Assembly: GCF_006345805.1 (NCBI RefSeq)
Contig: NW_021836112.1
Span: forward strand, 1 to 24,933
Source of the DNA: Octopus sinensis
Lineage: Eukaryota
DNA: 24,933 bases
Reading direction: 5' to 3'
This document shows, piece by piece, positions 1-10,407 of this stretch (its first letter is position 1; every line of letters begins with the position of its first letter). Both the position numbers and the translations under genes were made by a program. A model generated the notes under the pieces. That model searched no databases. It was given only the letters and a program-made list of their open reading frames with translations, and was not told the DNA's origin.

Positions 1-130
1 ATGGACAATGCGAACCGAACCGGAATTTCCTGTAACAGATCAACATACTTCATAATCAATATGGGAATGCGTGTGAATGTATGAGTGTGCATCTCTATAT
101 ATTCATATATATATATATATATATTATATA

Positions 131-574
131 CTCTTTACTCTTTACTCTTTTACTTGTTTCGTCATTTGACTGCGGCCATGCTGGAGCACACCTTTAGTCG
201 AGCAAATCGACCCGGGACTTATTCTTGTAAGCCCAGTACTTATTCTACCGGTCTCTTTTTGCCGAACCGCTAAGTGACGGGGACGTAAACACACCAGCAT
301 CAGTTGTCAAGCAATGCTAGGGGGACAAACACAAACACACAAATACACACACATACACACCACAAACATATATATATATATATTATATATATATATATAT
401 AATAATATACATATATACGACGGGCTTCTTTCAGTTTCCGTCTACCAAATCCACTCACAAGGCATTGGTCGGCCCGGGGCTATAGCAGTAGACACTTGCC
501 CAAGATGCCACGCAGTGGGACTGAACCCGGAACCATGTGGTTGGTTAGCAAGCTACTTACCACACAGCCACTCC
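131..574 (-). mobile_element. tRNA-derived SINE family A (CORE-like), full length, with internal (CA)n/(TA)n tract
   Basis: Minus strand reads GGAGTGGCTGTGTGGTAAGTAGC (A box)...GGTTCCGGGTTCAGTCCC (B box), then CTTGGGCAAGTG (CORE-like start), and ends ...GTCAAATGACGAAACAAGTAAAAGAGTAAAGAG. The same sequence recurs at 9169, 18631 and 23028. Confidence 0.9.
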
Positions 575-660
575 ATACATACATACATACATACATACAT
601 ACATACATACATACATACATACATGTATATGTGTGTGTGTGTGTATTCGTGTGTCTGTAT
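575..660. repeat. (CATA)n followed by (TG)n microsatellite
   Basis: Directly visible tetra- and dinucleotide repeats. Confidence 0.95.
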
Positions 661-721
661 GTTTCTGCGTCTTTGTGTGTCTGTGAGTAAAAATGTATAT
701 ATGCGTTAAATAGATAGAGAC

Positions 722-818
722 TTATTCGGCGGAATTTGAACCCAGAATGTAGAGGCAGATGAAATATCGCTAAGCATCTACCCCAACATACCAACGATTC
801 TGCCAAGCTGAACGCCTT
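722..818 (-). mobile_element. SINE family B, degenerate 5' fragment
   Basis: GGCGGAATTTGAACCCAGAATG...GCTAAGCAT...ACGATTCTGCCAAGCTG matches the reverse complement of the family B head seen at 8335. Confidence 0.7.
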
Positions 819-849
819 ATCTATAGACCTACTAACGGGTTTCGATTTC

Positions 850-1220
850 GGCACAAGGCCGGCAATTTTGGAGGAGAGTTAAATCAATTAGATTGCTCCT
901 AGTGTTCAACTGGTTCTTAATTTATTGACCCCATAATGACCAAAGGTGAAATCGTCTTCGACGAAATTTGAGGTCCGTACGTAAAGAGGGACGAAATACC
1001 TATTTCTTTACTACCCAAAAGGGGCTAAACACAGAGAGGACAAACAAGGACAGACAAACGGATTAAATCGATTACATCGACCCCAGTGCGTATCTGGTAC
1101 TTATTTAATCGACCCCAAAAGGATGAAAGGCAAAGTCGACATCGGCGGAATTTGAACTCAGAACGTAACGGCAGACGAAATACCGATCATTTTTTTACCC
1201 GCCGTGCTATCGTCTCTCCC
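850..1220 (-). mobile_element. SINE family B head-to-tail dimer (996-1220 with tail 1; 850-995 degenerate with tail 2)
   Basis: 996-1190 is nearly identical to the reverse complement of 8380-8563. An older second unit follows across the same AAAGAAATA|GGTATTTCGTC junction. Confidence 0.85.
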
Positions 1221-1236
1221 CGCTATCACTTTAGTT

Positions 1237-1619
1237 GGAAGCACTCCGTCGGTTACGACGATGAGGGTTCCGGTTGATACGATCAACGGAACAGCCTGCT
1301 CGTGAAATTAACGTGTAAGTGGCTGAGCACTCCACAGACACGTGTACCCTTAACGTAGTTTTCGGGGATATTCAGCGTGACACAGAGAGTGACAAGGCCG
1401 GCCCTTTGAAATACAGGTACAACAGAAACAGGAAGTAAGAGTGAGAGAAAGTTGTGGTGAAAGAGTACAGCAGAGATCACCACCATCCCTGCCGGAGCCT
1501 CGTGGATCTTTTTAGGTGTTTTCGCTCAATAAACACTCACAACGCCCGGTCTGGAAATCCAAACCGCGATCCTACGACCGCAAGTCCGCTGCCCTAACCA
1601 CTGGGCCATTGCGCCTCCA
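1237..1619 (-). mobile_element. tRNA-derived SINE family C, full length with 14-bp target-site duplication
   Basis: Minus strand starts GTGGAGGCGCAATGGCCCAGTGGTTAGGGCAGCGGAC (A box) with a degenerate B box GGTTTGGATTTCC. It is flanked by the exact direct repeat CTATCACTTTAGTT at 1223-1236 and 1620-1633. Confidence 0.9.
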
Positions 1620-1659
1620 CTATCACTTTAGTTATGCACATGATAAAACCATTCTGCTA

Positions 1660-1867
1660 GGGACACAAGGTCTGAAATTTTAGGGAAGGGGGATAGTCTA
1701 ATTCAGCAACCCCAGTGCGTGTCTTGTACTTGTTTGATCGATCCCGAAATGATAAAGGTCGGCCGCGATGGAATTTGATCTCAGAACGTCAAAACAGACA
1801 AAGTGTCGCTAAGCATTTTGTCTCTCTTGACTAACGTGCTAACGATTCTCTCTGCTCGCCGCCTTAA
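1660..1867 (-). mobile_element. SINE family B, diverged copy with tail 2
   Basis: ACCCCAGTGCGT...GGAATTTGATCTCAGAACGT...GCTAAGCATTTT...GCTCGCCGCCTTA matches the reverse complement of family B. Confidence 0.75.
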
Positions 1868-2199
1868 TTTCGCTATTATTCACAGTGACACTTATGCATA
1901 TCCACAGCGACACGAAACATATATTTTCCTCCAACGCCTACACTCGCACCCAAACAAAGAACAGATTTCCGGGAATTGGTAAGATCAATATATCCCGGGT
2001 ACTGGTACATTTATCTTGTGATTCTTTATGGCCAGTCTGAAGAATCATAGAACGATGTAACCATTCACCGACAAATATTGATTTCTCCAATTCCCGAAAT
2101 AGATAAACAGGTATTGCCATACAAATGTACGTGCCTGTGTAGGAAGACAAGTTGAAAAGGTATCTTTATGTACAGATCTGTCCTTGTCCCTGTGTGTAT

Positions 2200-2283
2200 G
2201 TACACATTTATATACATATGTGTGTGTGTGTGTGTATGTATGTATGCTAGCAATATGTATATACGTATATGCATGTATGCATA

Positions 2284-2337
<54 letters not shown>

Positions 2338-2370
2338 TATGCATATGTACAAATAATATATATATAATGT
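2200..2370. repeat. (TG)n/(TA)n microsatellite
   Basis: Directly visible. Confidence 0.95.
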
Positions 2371-2520
2371 GAAATAGAAAGATGAATATCTGTAGTAGAT
2401 TAATCAAAAGTTTAACTGAACCTTAGTAGTAGCAAAAATCACAGCAGTGAACAGCCACGGTTGGAGGTACAACCATCTGGCGTGCAACCGTGTGCGTTGG
2501 TGGGATAATTGAATTAAACA

Positions 2521-2832
2521 ATTGGTGAATTGAAGAAATGGAGCTGAACGCAGATTGAACAGAAATCGTTTTATTTCATTCTACAGTGTTTCGAAAGGCA
2601 CAATTACCAAAATCCGATTGAATAATGGGACCATATTGTGTCTTTCTCTTCAGGAAAGAAAAGGAAATCCGTTTTGTTTTTCCAACGGATTTCCTTTTTT
2701 CTTCCTGAAGAGAAAGACACAATATGGTCCCATTATTGGATTTTGTAATTTGTGCCTTTCGAAACACGTGTAGAATGAAATAAAACGATTTCTGTCAATC
2801 TGCGTTCAGCTCCATTTCTTCAATTCACCAAT
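2521..2832. repeat. Long inverted repeat (~150-bp arms, 10-nt loop); possible foldback/MITE
   Basis: 2521-2673 is the reverse complement of 2684-2832 apart from a few small indels. The loop is TTGTTTTTCC (2674-2683). Confidence 0.95.
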
Positions 2833-2835
2833 AAT

Positions 2836-2836
2836 G

Positions 2837-2881
<45 letters not shown>

Positions 2882-2895
2882 ATATGCATATGTAC

Positions 2896-2978
<83 letters not shown>

Positions 2979-3106
2979 GCATATGTACATATATATGTGT
3001 GTTGTATGTGTGTGCATGTATGCATACGTGTGAATTCAACAGATTCGTAGCAAAGGAGACAGGCAGACAGAGACAGCGATAAATAGATAGACAGAGAATA
3101 GATAGG

Positions 3107-3202
<96 letters not shown>

Positions 3203-3241
3203 CAGATGATAGATAGATAGATAGAAGATAGACAGACAGAC

Positions 3242-3328
<87 letters not shown>

Positions 3329-3365
3329 TAGATGATAGATAGATATAGAAGATAGATAGATAGAT

Positions 3366-3398
<33 letters not shown>

Positions 3399-3403
3399 CA
3401 GAC

Positions 3404-3502
<99 letters not shown>

Positions 3503-3503
3503 C
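2836..3503. repeat. Compound microsatellite: (TA)n, then a ~420-bp (GATA)n/(GACA)n array from 3081
   Basis: Directly visible; it explains the IYLS/YIYI pseudo-ORFs. Confidence 0.95.
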
Positions 3504-3806
3504 GGGGGTAAAAACGATAATACAAGGTTCTCCAAATATATCGAATGAATCGGCAATATAATAAATGATATATATATATATATCTGATAAGTGGGTCCTC
3601 CATGTATGGAAGTATATATGTGTGGGTGAGTGTGTAATGAAATATATATAATCATATACATCTATGTGTGTCCGTGCGTGTGTGTGTGTCAATGTAATGA
3701 CAATATGCGAAACCAAATACATTTTGAAGCAAATAGTTTATGCAACGAAAAGATGTGCACCACATTGCAAATGGTAATATTACAACCGCATTCTGCTCCC
3801 CAGCCG

Positions 3807-3807
<1 letters not shown>

Positions 3808-3846
<39 letters not shown>

Positions 3847-4226
3847 CCTCCAAGGAAATGACGCTGAAAAGTGAATATAGAATCCAATTATGAGTATATG
3901 TATGTGTATATATGTATAGATGTGTGTGTGTGTCTATATATATACACATATATGTATGTATGCGTATATATGTGTGTGTGTGCGTGTGATCGTTTGTATA
4001 TATGTATATATGTATATATGCATATGTCTAATGTATATATGTGTATAACATATACGTATATTTAGAGAAATTTATATTTATGTATATATATATATATATA
4101 TACATATATGTATGTACATCTCTATATACGTACATCTCTACACACACTCGTACATACAGCTGTAAATATATATAATACATACATACATAGATACATGCAT
4201 GTATTTATATATATATATTATATATA

Positions 4227-4264
<38 letters not shown>

Positions 4265-4382
4265 TTAAATATATATATATATACAATATATACACACATA
4301 TATATATATATATATGTATGTATATATATATATATAGATAGATAGATAGATACATACATACATACATACATACATACATACA

Positions 4383-4400
<18 letters not shown>
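3808..4400. repeat. Interrupted (TA)n/(TG)n/(GATA)n/(CATA)n microsatellite field
   Basis: Directly visible. Confidence 0.9.
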
Positions 4401-4413
<13 letters not shown>

Positions 4414-5280
4414 CCCTGTATTCAAGCACGCATATTTTGGTGAGAGAATGAGACATCGTTTGCAAAGTTATACATTATGTTCCCACAAGTCTTGCCAATA
4501 CAATTCACTGTGTTTAATGGGTTGTGCGATAAATCACAGCGCCGAGGCTCTTTTCATATATCGTAGATAATTCACTTATACCAATCATATGCGTGTATTT
4601 ACCTTGCTAAAACCACCAAAAGTACATATTTACTTAAAACGCATCCATTTCTGCACTCGGTTTTGGTGAAATAACGCCAAGAAAGTAAGGTGAGCCATTT
4701 GTAAACTGTAACATTCTCTGTTGGTTATATATAAAGTGTGTATTTGATGGATTTCCTTTCCTGAGGGATGAAAAGAGTGGGGTTTTTTTTTTTTTGGTTT
4801 TTGAACGGAATGTTATTGTTATTATTTTGTGTGAGATACAGATATGTTAATATATCTGCGTGCACAGCATTCAATTCTCCAAGATAGATAGATGGGCAAT
4901 TCACACACACACATGCACACACACACATATCTATATATATAATGCATAATGTAAAATATATATGCTTGTTATATAAAAGTATACATCGATAAATCGATAA
5001 ATTTACATCTGTATATTTATATATGTATATATCTATATACACGCACACCCCACTTTACATATATATATATATATGTGTAAATGTATATATATATCGATAT
5101 ATTACATTTATATACACACATGCATGTATATAATATTTATATACATATTCAGATTACATCCATAACTACATACATACAGGCCTAAGTACATACATACGTA
5201 CCAATCTATCTAACTACATATGTACGTATATACATACAAACATACACACATACATGCATATACATATATACATACATCAC

Positions 5281-6830
5281 AGCTGCATCGCCGTTACGCG
5301 GGAAAAGCCATTACCAAGAAGACTTACTGAAATGATACATGATTGTTGCCATGTGATGCCCTTGTATAACTTTTAAGCCCGGACAAGCTTTTACACATTT
5401 TATTATATAGCACACAACTGTACTGGCTGGCAGGAGAGATAGGTGCCACCATTTTCACTCCCTTAACATGTCTTTTTAGACCTCCAACTGAGAGGCACAC
5501 CCTTCCACATTTTCCACACGTTCTGTTGTGAATCTTAGTAGTCACATCGTTGTTTATCTTGGATCGATTTCTGTGAGAATTTTTATGGCTCACCAGCCCT
5601 TCACAACTCAAACACCTCTGCCCACAAACCACACGCATAAAAAGCAACAATCCCTCACTTTCCACAAGTTTCCCCCTTCTAAGCCCCCTCCTAATTCTCT
5701 CATAGTTCACTCTCTCCCTCTCAAACCTTGAACAACCATCATGCGCTATCTTCCTCCATCCATCACGTTCTTGTGCCTCCCTCTCGCAATTACCAGCTGG
5801 AATTCCTGTCTGTTTTAGAGCATTTTTAAGGCAATCCTTAAATTTTAGTTTAGGCTTATGTGCTGGTCTCCTGTCATCTTCCAGCTGACCATACAATAGT
5901 TGCTTGGGCAGTCACTCATCACTCATCCTTACCAAATGTCCCTACCACCTCAAACGTTTTTGCAAAATCTTTGACTCTACACTTCTACTGCTACTCCTCT
6001 CAAGCACCTCCACATTACTAATGGCCATTTTCCAGTTTATCACCAGAAATGTTTCTCAGACAGTATTGATAAAATCGTTCCAAGTGCCTTACCTGCCTAC
6101 GGTAAATAATCCATACCTCACTTCCATATAGCAAAGATGGGAGGACGCCTGTGCTATATACCTTAACTTCTGAAGATATATTGTGTTTCTTTCACAAAAG
6201 CCTATCAAGCCAACCAAAAGCACTACTAGCCCTGCTGATTCTGTACGAAATTTCATCATCAACACCTGCAGCACTCAAGGTACTTCCTAAATAAATAAAT
6301 CTAGGTACAATCTCCAACCTTTGACTGTTCCCAGTTATAAAAGGTTCCACATACATCTTGCTGGGTACTTTCTTAAAGTATGTGTTAATCCCCATGTGGG
6401 TACATGGAGTAAATATAATCATAACATAAAGAATGAAGTATAAGAAATAATAATTTCTTAAAGTATGTGTTAATCCCCATGTACCCAAACTTTGTGGATA
6501 CCCTGTATATTGTTATTACTTTATTTTTCATGAACCCTCTCAGACTGTTTTGTTGGGTATGTTTGAAAGTGTCAGCTGCCTACTTCCTAAATAAATAAAT
6601 CTAGGTACAATCTCCAACCTTTGACTGTTCCCAGTTATAAAAGGTTCCACATACATCTTGGTGGTTGCGGGTTGGTACATTACAACAGTTTGTTTTAAGA
6701 TTGATTTTTAGACACAACGCTGCATATGATGCAGAAATCACATTCACCATGTGCTGTATATCATTCTGAGAACGTGCCAATCTGGTTAACATGAGCTTTT
6801 CAGAAAAAGAAATCAACCGGTTAACTTGCA
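5281..6830 (-). mobile_element. RTE-clade non-LTR retrotransposon, decayed 3' part of ORF2 (RT C-terminus to zinc fingers) plus 3' UTR
   Basis: Frame-shifted minus-strand peptides SQNDIQHMVNVISASYAALCLKINLK, LEIVPRFIYLGSTLS..VDDEISYRISRASSAFG and YGQLEDDRRPAHKPKLKFKDCLKNALKQTGI...WRK match RTE/BovB ORF2 motifs (KFTYLGSTLS, RIAKASAAFGRL, YGEL..GKR..GGQKKRFKD). The YADD region is degenerate. A (TGTA)-type tail lies at ~5170-5280. Confidence 0.85.
6281..6660 (+). repeat. Perfect 80-bp direct repeats (6281-6360, 6581-6660) flanking a 220-bp foreign insert inside the RTE
   Basis: The two 80-mers are letter-for-letter identical and 300 bp apart. The insert 6361-6580 matches 13340-13445 plus 13670-13835. 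Confidence 0.95.
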
Positions 6831-7094
6831 CATTACAAATACAATTGACTATAAGTGTAACAATAAATATAAGATTTTTCTCAAATTCAATATGTGACAA
6901 TGTTTTGTAGTCTACATTCAAACAACGGATGTTTGTACCTTTGTTAGAATGTAACCCCTTCCTTACAGGACGAATTGAAAGATTCTACGTTTATGAATTT
7001 GTTTTACAAGATTCCTGATATGAAATCATGTGTTGAAGCAGATATTATTATATTTCGGGGTGGTCACCTCTTTTTTTTTTTTTTGCCAAATAAA

Positions 7095-7330
7095 CACATA
7101 TGCTATGGAAATCTTTCGTCACACATCCAGTGACCATTACATTGATTCTCTATCCTACGTATCACCTCCTCTTCTGTTATGGAAACACATCAGAAGACAC
7201 GTGAGATGGAGAGTCGATGAAGAGGTCACAGAATCTGTGACTAAAGATTTCTAGTCAATGGACACAAAATACGAACAATAATAAAGAAGAACGAATAAAG
7301 AGAACGTAACGACGAAATGAAGAAAGTGTG
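7095..7330 (+). pseudogene. Possible mariner transposase C-terminal relic
   Basis: EIFRH.. / YPTYHLLF / LWKHIRRHVRWRVDEEVTESVTKDF loosely resembles the mariner HPPYSPDLAPSDYHLF..L....F..DEEVKEAV region; requires frameshifts. Confidence 0.3.
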
Positions 7331-7439
7331 CTTTTTCTTAGAGTATTTAGTTATTTTATTAAGGCTTTCATACTGCATGTGTGTTGCTACCTATCAGCAA
7401 TATACGTCAGTCAAAAAAACTAGTTAACGTTTATTTATG

Positions 7440-7882
7440 ACTAGCAGCATAGCCCGGCGTTGCCCGGGTATGTAAGAACCCCTAGTAGGCAACGACTAAT
7501 CCCAATCTAGCCCTTTCCCTCTAGGGAACGAAGGCGCATGTGTAGGTTGCAATGTCTTCTCTTCACTCAAATACTTCTGTGTATACGATATTCCTAGCTG
7601 TCCCTTTGGGCGATAAAAAGGTCGAGTTGTGCTCCCTAGACAGAAAATGTGTTGCATATAAAAAGCTTAGATTCTCGACCACATGTCGAATTTATCGATT
7701 TTTTTCAGAACTGGGGGAACTTTTCAAAATTTTCGCTGCGTTAGTTTTGAATTATGACATTGGGCTATGTGTGTGTCAAGTTTCATCAGAATCGGTTGAA
7801 AGCCGTGGTCAGGGTGAGGGTACAACCTGACAGACACACAGACACACAGACAGACAAACTGCCGTTTATATAGAGAAAGATT
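7440..7882 (+). mobile_element. Non-autonomous Helentron/Helitron-like element (Lep1/DINE-1 style)
   Basis: Starts ACTAGC followed by the hairpin CCCGGCGTTGCCCGGG. The 3' part AAGTTTCATCAGAATCGGTTG...(GACA/CACA)n...TTTATATAGAGAAAGAT follows the layout known for Lep1/DINE-1-type elements. Confidence 0.65.
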
Positions 7883-8334
7883 AATGCAGATGCATTTAAA
7901 TATAGCTGTCGAGAACAAGTATCTTGTGTGACAAGATGTTAGAGTAAAACTAACGCAACTGATAAACATCTTCAAATTAATGAAGAAAACAAAATATTTA
8001 GTCATATAAATGAATACTTTAATATAATTCTAGTGACAGTAGGAGCTACCAGCTGAACATTTCCATTTTACTCTAACAGTAATAAATATGAATTTCTTTC
8101 ACGATACTTTTCCATGTTATTTAGATATGCTTTCAGGACAAGATCAGATTTTGACATCAGCTTTAATAACCTCTCAGCATTTCAAAATATATTACTGGTT
8201 GTTGTCTAGAGGATTGCTGTTATTACAAAAATGCAAGGTTTTGTTTGACTAAACTTATATTGAATAGGTGAGGGCGCGTTGTCTACTGGTTACGGCATTG
8301 CACTCATGATTGCTAGGTCTTGGATTCGATAAGG

Positions 8335-8870
8335 CGGCGAGCTGGCAGAAACGTTAGCACGCCGGGCAAAATGCTTAGTGGTATTTCGTCTGCCGTTACA
8401 TTCTGAGTTCAAATTCCACCGAGGTCGACTTTGCCTTTCATCCTTTCGGGGTCGATTAAATAAGTACCAGTTACGCTCTGGAGTCGATATAATCAACTTA
8501 ATCCGTTTGTCTGTCCTTGTTTGTCCCCTCTGTGTTTAGCCCCTTGTGGGTAGTAAAGAAATAGGTATTTCGTCTGCCACTATGTTTTGAGTTCAAATTC
8601 CGCCGAGGTCGACTTTACTTGTCATCCTTTCGGGGTCGATTAAATAAGTACCAGTTACGCACTGGGGTCGATATAATCAACTTAATCCATTTGTCTGTCC
8701 TTGTTTGTCCTCTCTGTGTTTAGCCCCTTGTGGGTAGTAAAGAAATAGGTATATCCTCTGCCGTTACGTTCTGAATTCAAATTCCGCCGAATTTGACTTT
8801 GACTTTCATCCTATCGGGGTCGATAAATCAAGTACCAGTTACCCACTGGGGTCGATGTTATTCCAACTCG
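8335..8870 (+). mobile_element. SINE family B trimer (head plus three cores, 184-bp period)
   Basis: Head GGCGGCGAGCTGGCAGAAACGTTAGC (A box) and B box GAGTTCAAATTCC. Core GTCGACTTTGCCTTTCATCCTTTCGGGGTCGAT..AAGTACCAG resembles the Sauria/Meta-type SINE central domain (from memory). Units restart at 8380, 8564 and 8748. Confidence 0.9.
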
Positions 8871-8947
8871 CTCGCCTTTGTTGGAAAGTTCTGTTATGTT
8901 AACATGTGACCAATCGAATCAAACTTCAATATGTTATTAAGAATGCA

Positions 8948-9090
8948 TAAATTCCGCCGTAGTCGATTTAAGCTTTCATCCTTTCGCAATCGATAAATTA
9001 AGTACCAGTTGAGTACTGGGGGCGATGTAATCGATTGCCCCTCCCCCAAAACTTCAGACCTTATGCCTTTAGTAGAAAGGATTATTATTA
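8948..9090 (+). mobile_element. SINE family B, 5'-truncated copy with tail 2
   Basis: AAATTCCGCCG...TTTCATCCTTTCG..ATCGATAAATTAAGTACCAG...CCCCTCCCCCAAAACTTCAGACCTTATGCCTTTAGTAGAAAGGATTATTA. Confidence 0.8.
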
Positions 9091-9168
9091 ATCTGTTCTT
9101 TATTAACCATTGAAGTCGGAAAACGATTATTGAAAATGCATAATTGAACATGGTAGATAACAGGATAT

Positions 9169-9564
9169 CTCGTTTACTCTTTTACTTGTTTCAGTCATTT
9201 GACTGTGGCTATGCTGGAGCACCACCTCTAGTCGAGCATATAGAGCCCAGGACATATTCTTTGTAAGAGTAGAACTTATTCTATCGGTCTCTTTTGCCGA
9301 ACCGCTAAGTTACGGGGACGTAAACACATCAGCATCGGTTGTTGGGGGACAAACACAGACACACACGTAAATATATATATATGTTTATATATACATATAT
9401 ACTACGGGTTTCTTTCAGTTTCCCTCTAACAAATCCACTCACAAGGCTTTGGTCGGCCCGAGGCTTTAGTAGAAGACACTTGCCAAAGGTGCCACACAGT
9501 GGGACTGAACCCGGAACCATGTGGTTGGTAAGCAAGCTACTTACCACACAGCCACTCCTACGCC
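9169..9564 (-). mobile_element. SINE family A, full length
   Basis: Colinear with 131-574 and 23028-23425. Confidence 0.9.
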
Positions 9565-9664
9565 TGACTATGGCTATTGGTAGATTTACGTAAATGTTTA
9601 ATTCCTTAGATCTCAGAATGATCAAATGAAATTTTTTTTTTTAATACTTACAATAAGCCTAATC

Positions 9665-10060
9665 AGCTAAAGAAATGAGATTTTCTGGCTTTTATTTTTA
9701 TAATCTACCAAATAACAGCTATGAAAATCAATTTCTCCGTCAACTGATTAAGTATTGATCTGATGCTGTTTTGCTAACTCAGCAATTCAGGTCTGAGACA
9801 TAGATGTTAAAAGTTTTAGGTATATCTGAATTTGCTAAAAGATATTTTCGTCTCAATTACTGCTGCAGCTGCAACTGTCGGCAATATTGTTATACTAACG
9901 CAAACACTTTGTCAATGTCAGAGATAGTTAGTTATCAGTTAAATATTTTAGCAATTTCTATAGATTCCAATTCTGGTTTTCCAAGATTTACTATATATAT
10001 AAGCTTGATAACATTGTGTTCGCATAAACTGAGTGCATACTTAGATATCTGACTGAATTT
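9665..10060 (-). pseudogene. hAT-superfamily transposase C-terminal dimerisation domain relic
   Basis: Frame-shifted minus-strand peptides KLLKYLTDN / CVSITILPTVAAA..SFSKF / TSMSQT*IAELA / EIDF / KIKARK follow the order of the hAT motif LPVTVASAERSFSKL..LRSTMSQERL..LA...IDF....F...KARK. Confidence 0.55.
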
Positions 10061-10147
10061 ATGAATTCATTTTACCTATATATATGTATATATGTGTGTG
10101 AGTGTGTGTGTGTGTGCGTGTGTGTGTGTGAACCTATAGATATGCTG

Positions 10148-10182
<35 letters not shown>

Positions 10183-10271
10183 ATATGTATATATGTGTGT
10201 GTGTGTGTCGGCATATCTATACGTACACACACATACACACACATACACACACACACATATATATATATATA

Positions 10272-10404
10272 GTCGCAGGCATGTCTGTGTGATAAGAAGC
10301 TTGCTTTCCAACTACATTGTTCCGGGTTCAGTCCCACTACCTAGCACCTTTGGGCTAGTGTCTTCTGCTATTGCCTCGGGCCGACTAGTTACTTGTGAGT
10401 GGAT
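10272..10404 (+). mobile_element. SINE family A 5' fragment
   Basis: GTCTGTGTGATAAGAAGCTTGC...TCCGGGTTCAGTCCCAC...GCCTCGGGCCGAC...TTGTGAGTGGAT. Confidence 0.8.
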
Positions 10405-10407
10405 ACA

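Noticed and set aside
1-84. Window begins with ATG and a short frame MDNANRTGISCNRSTYFIINMGMRVNV containing two N-glycosylation sequons
   Set aside because: Only 27 codons, no strong splice donor, runs into a (TA)n tract, and no downstream exons could be identified.
1540-1619. tRNA-like sequences with A and B boxes (also the heads of SINE A and B)
   Set aside because: No complete cloverleaf or acceptor stem; each continues into SINE core and tail, so these are SINE heads rather than tRNA genes.
1960-1990. Possible micro-exon ACAG|ATTTCCGGGAATTG|GTAAG
   Set aside because: The acceptor has no polypyrimidine tract and there is no gene context.
2555-2773. Opposing ORFs sharing the peptide NNGTILCLSLQE
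   Set aside because: A consequence of the inverted repeat, not evidence of coding.
2834-4465. Long ORFs of 228-263 aa (IYLS/YIYI repeats) and similar ones elsewhere
   Set aside because: Stop-free translations of GATA, TA and CATA microsatellites.
8380-8870. Regularly spaced repeats resembling a CRISPR array
   Set aside because: The units are contiguous 184-bp SINE monomers with no unique spacers, in eukaryotic DNA with no cas genes.
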